From an uncultured Actinomycetota bacterium (lineage in GTDB: Bacteria > Actinomycetota > Actinomycetes > Actinomycetales > CAWJMD01), in the NCBI GenBank assembly GCA_963843835.1, contig CAWJMD010000008.1, positions 1,228,706-1,292,705 on the forward strand: a DNA stretch of 64,000 nt, written 5' to 3'. The notes beneath the pieces were generated by a model. It searched no databases. It was not told the origin of the DNA and saw nothing but the letters and a program-made list of their open reading frames with translations. A program made the translations under genes and the position numbers. Shown here piece after piece: positions 63,716 to 64,000 of this stretch. Each line of letters opens with the position of its first letter. The stretch's first letter is position 1.

Positions 63716-64000
<285 letters not shown>

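Overview
This is a very GC-rich actinobacterial chromosomal core segment with no plasmid or phage hallmarks. Gene order reproduces two conserved actinobacterial neighbourhoods. The first is RNA methyltransferase, APC-type permease, trkA x2, DUF3159, OB-fold, DUF3710, dut, DUF3093, DUF4193, inositol monophosphatase and, further on, sigA (the Rv2689c-Rv2703-type block), with topo IV-like parE/parC near sigA as in Streptomyces. The second is TPR protein, HAD hydrolase, tlyA, nadK, recN, steA, mctB-like, pyrG and ADP-ribose pyrophosphatase (the Rv1691-Rv1700-type block). It ends in the 3' end of an rRNA operon (partial 23S plus 5S, minus strand). Also present are a LacI/ABC sugar-uptake locus beside a partial glycogen-debranching-type gene, aconitase, ferrochelatase, SepH, thymidine kinase and a Pat-type GNAT/acyl-CoA-synthetase-like acetyltransferase. 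The window also holds metY-metX behind a SAM-IV riboswitch, an S9 peptidase, a PolA-like family-A polymerase and a three-gene envelope module (MraY/WecA-like, MurJ-like, GT-B glycosyltransferase). I found no transposases, integrases, CRISPR arrays, tRNAs or recognisable defence or toxin systems, and I do not see a convincing novel multi-gene system. The most unusual property is about 17 single-nucleotide reading-frame breaks in otherwise well-conserved genes, including sigA and dut, with eight packed into 12.69-15.43 kb. These are most likely assembly indel errors, but that needs read-level checking. Secondary points are AT-rich palindromes or long hairpins in regulatory positions (acn leader, metY promoter, rumA-acn spacer) and the riboswitch. 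Start codons and non-coding boundaries are approximate, because everything was done by eye from the sequence and the ORF track.
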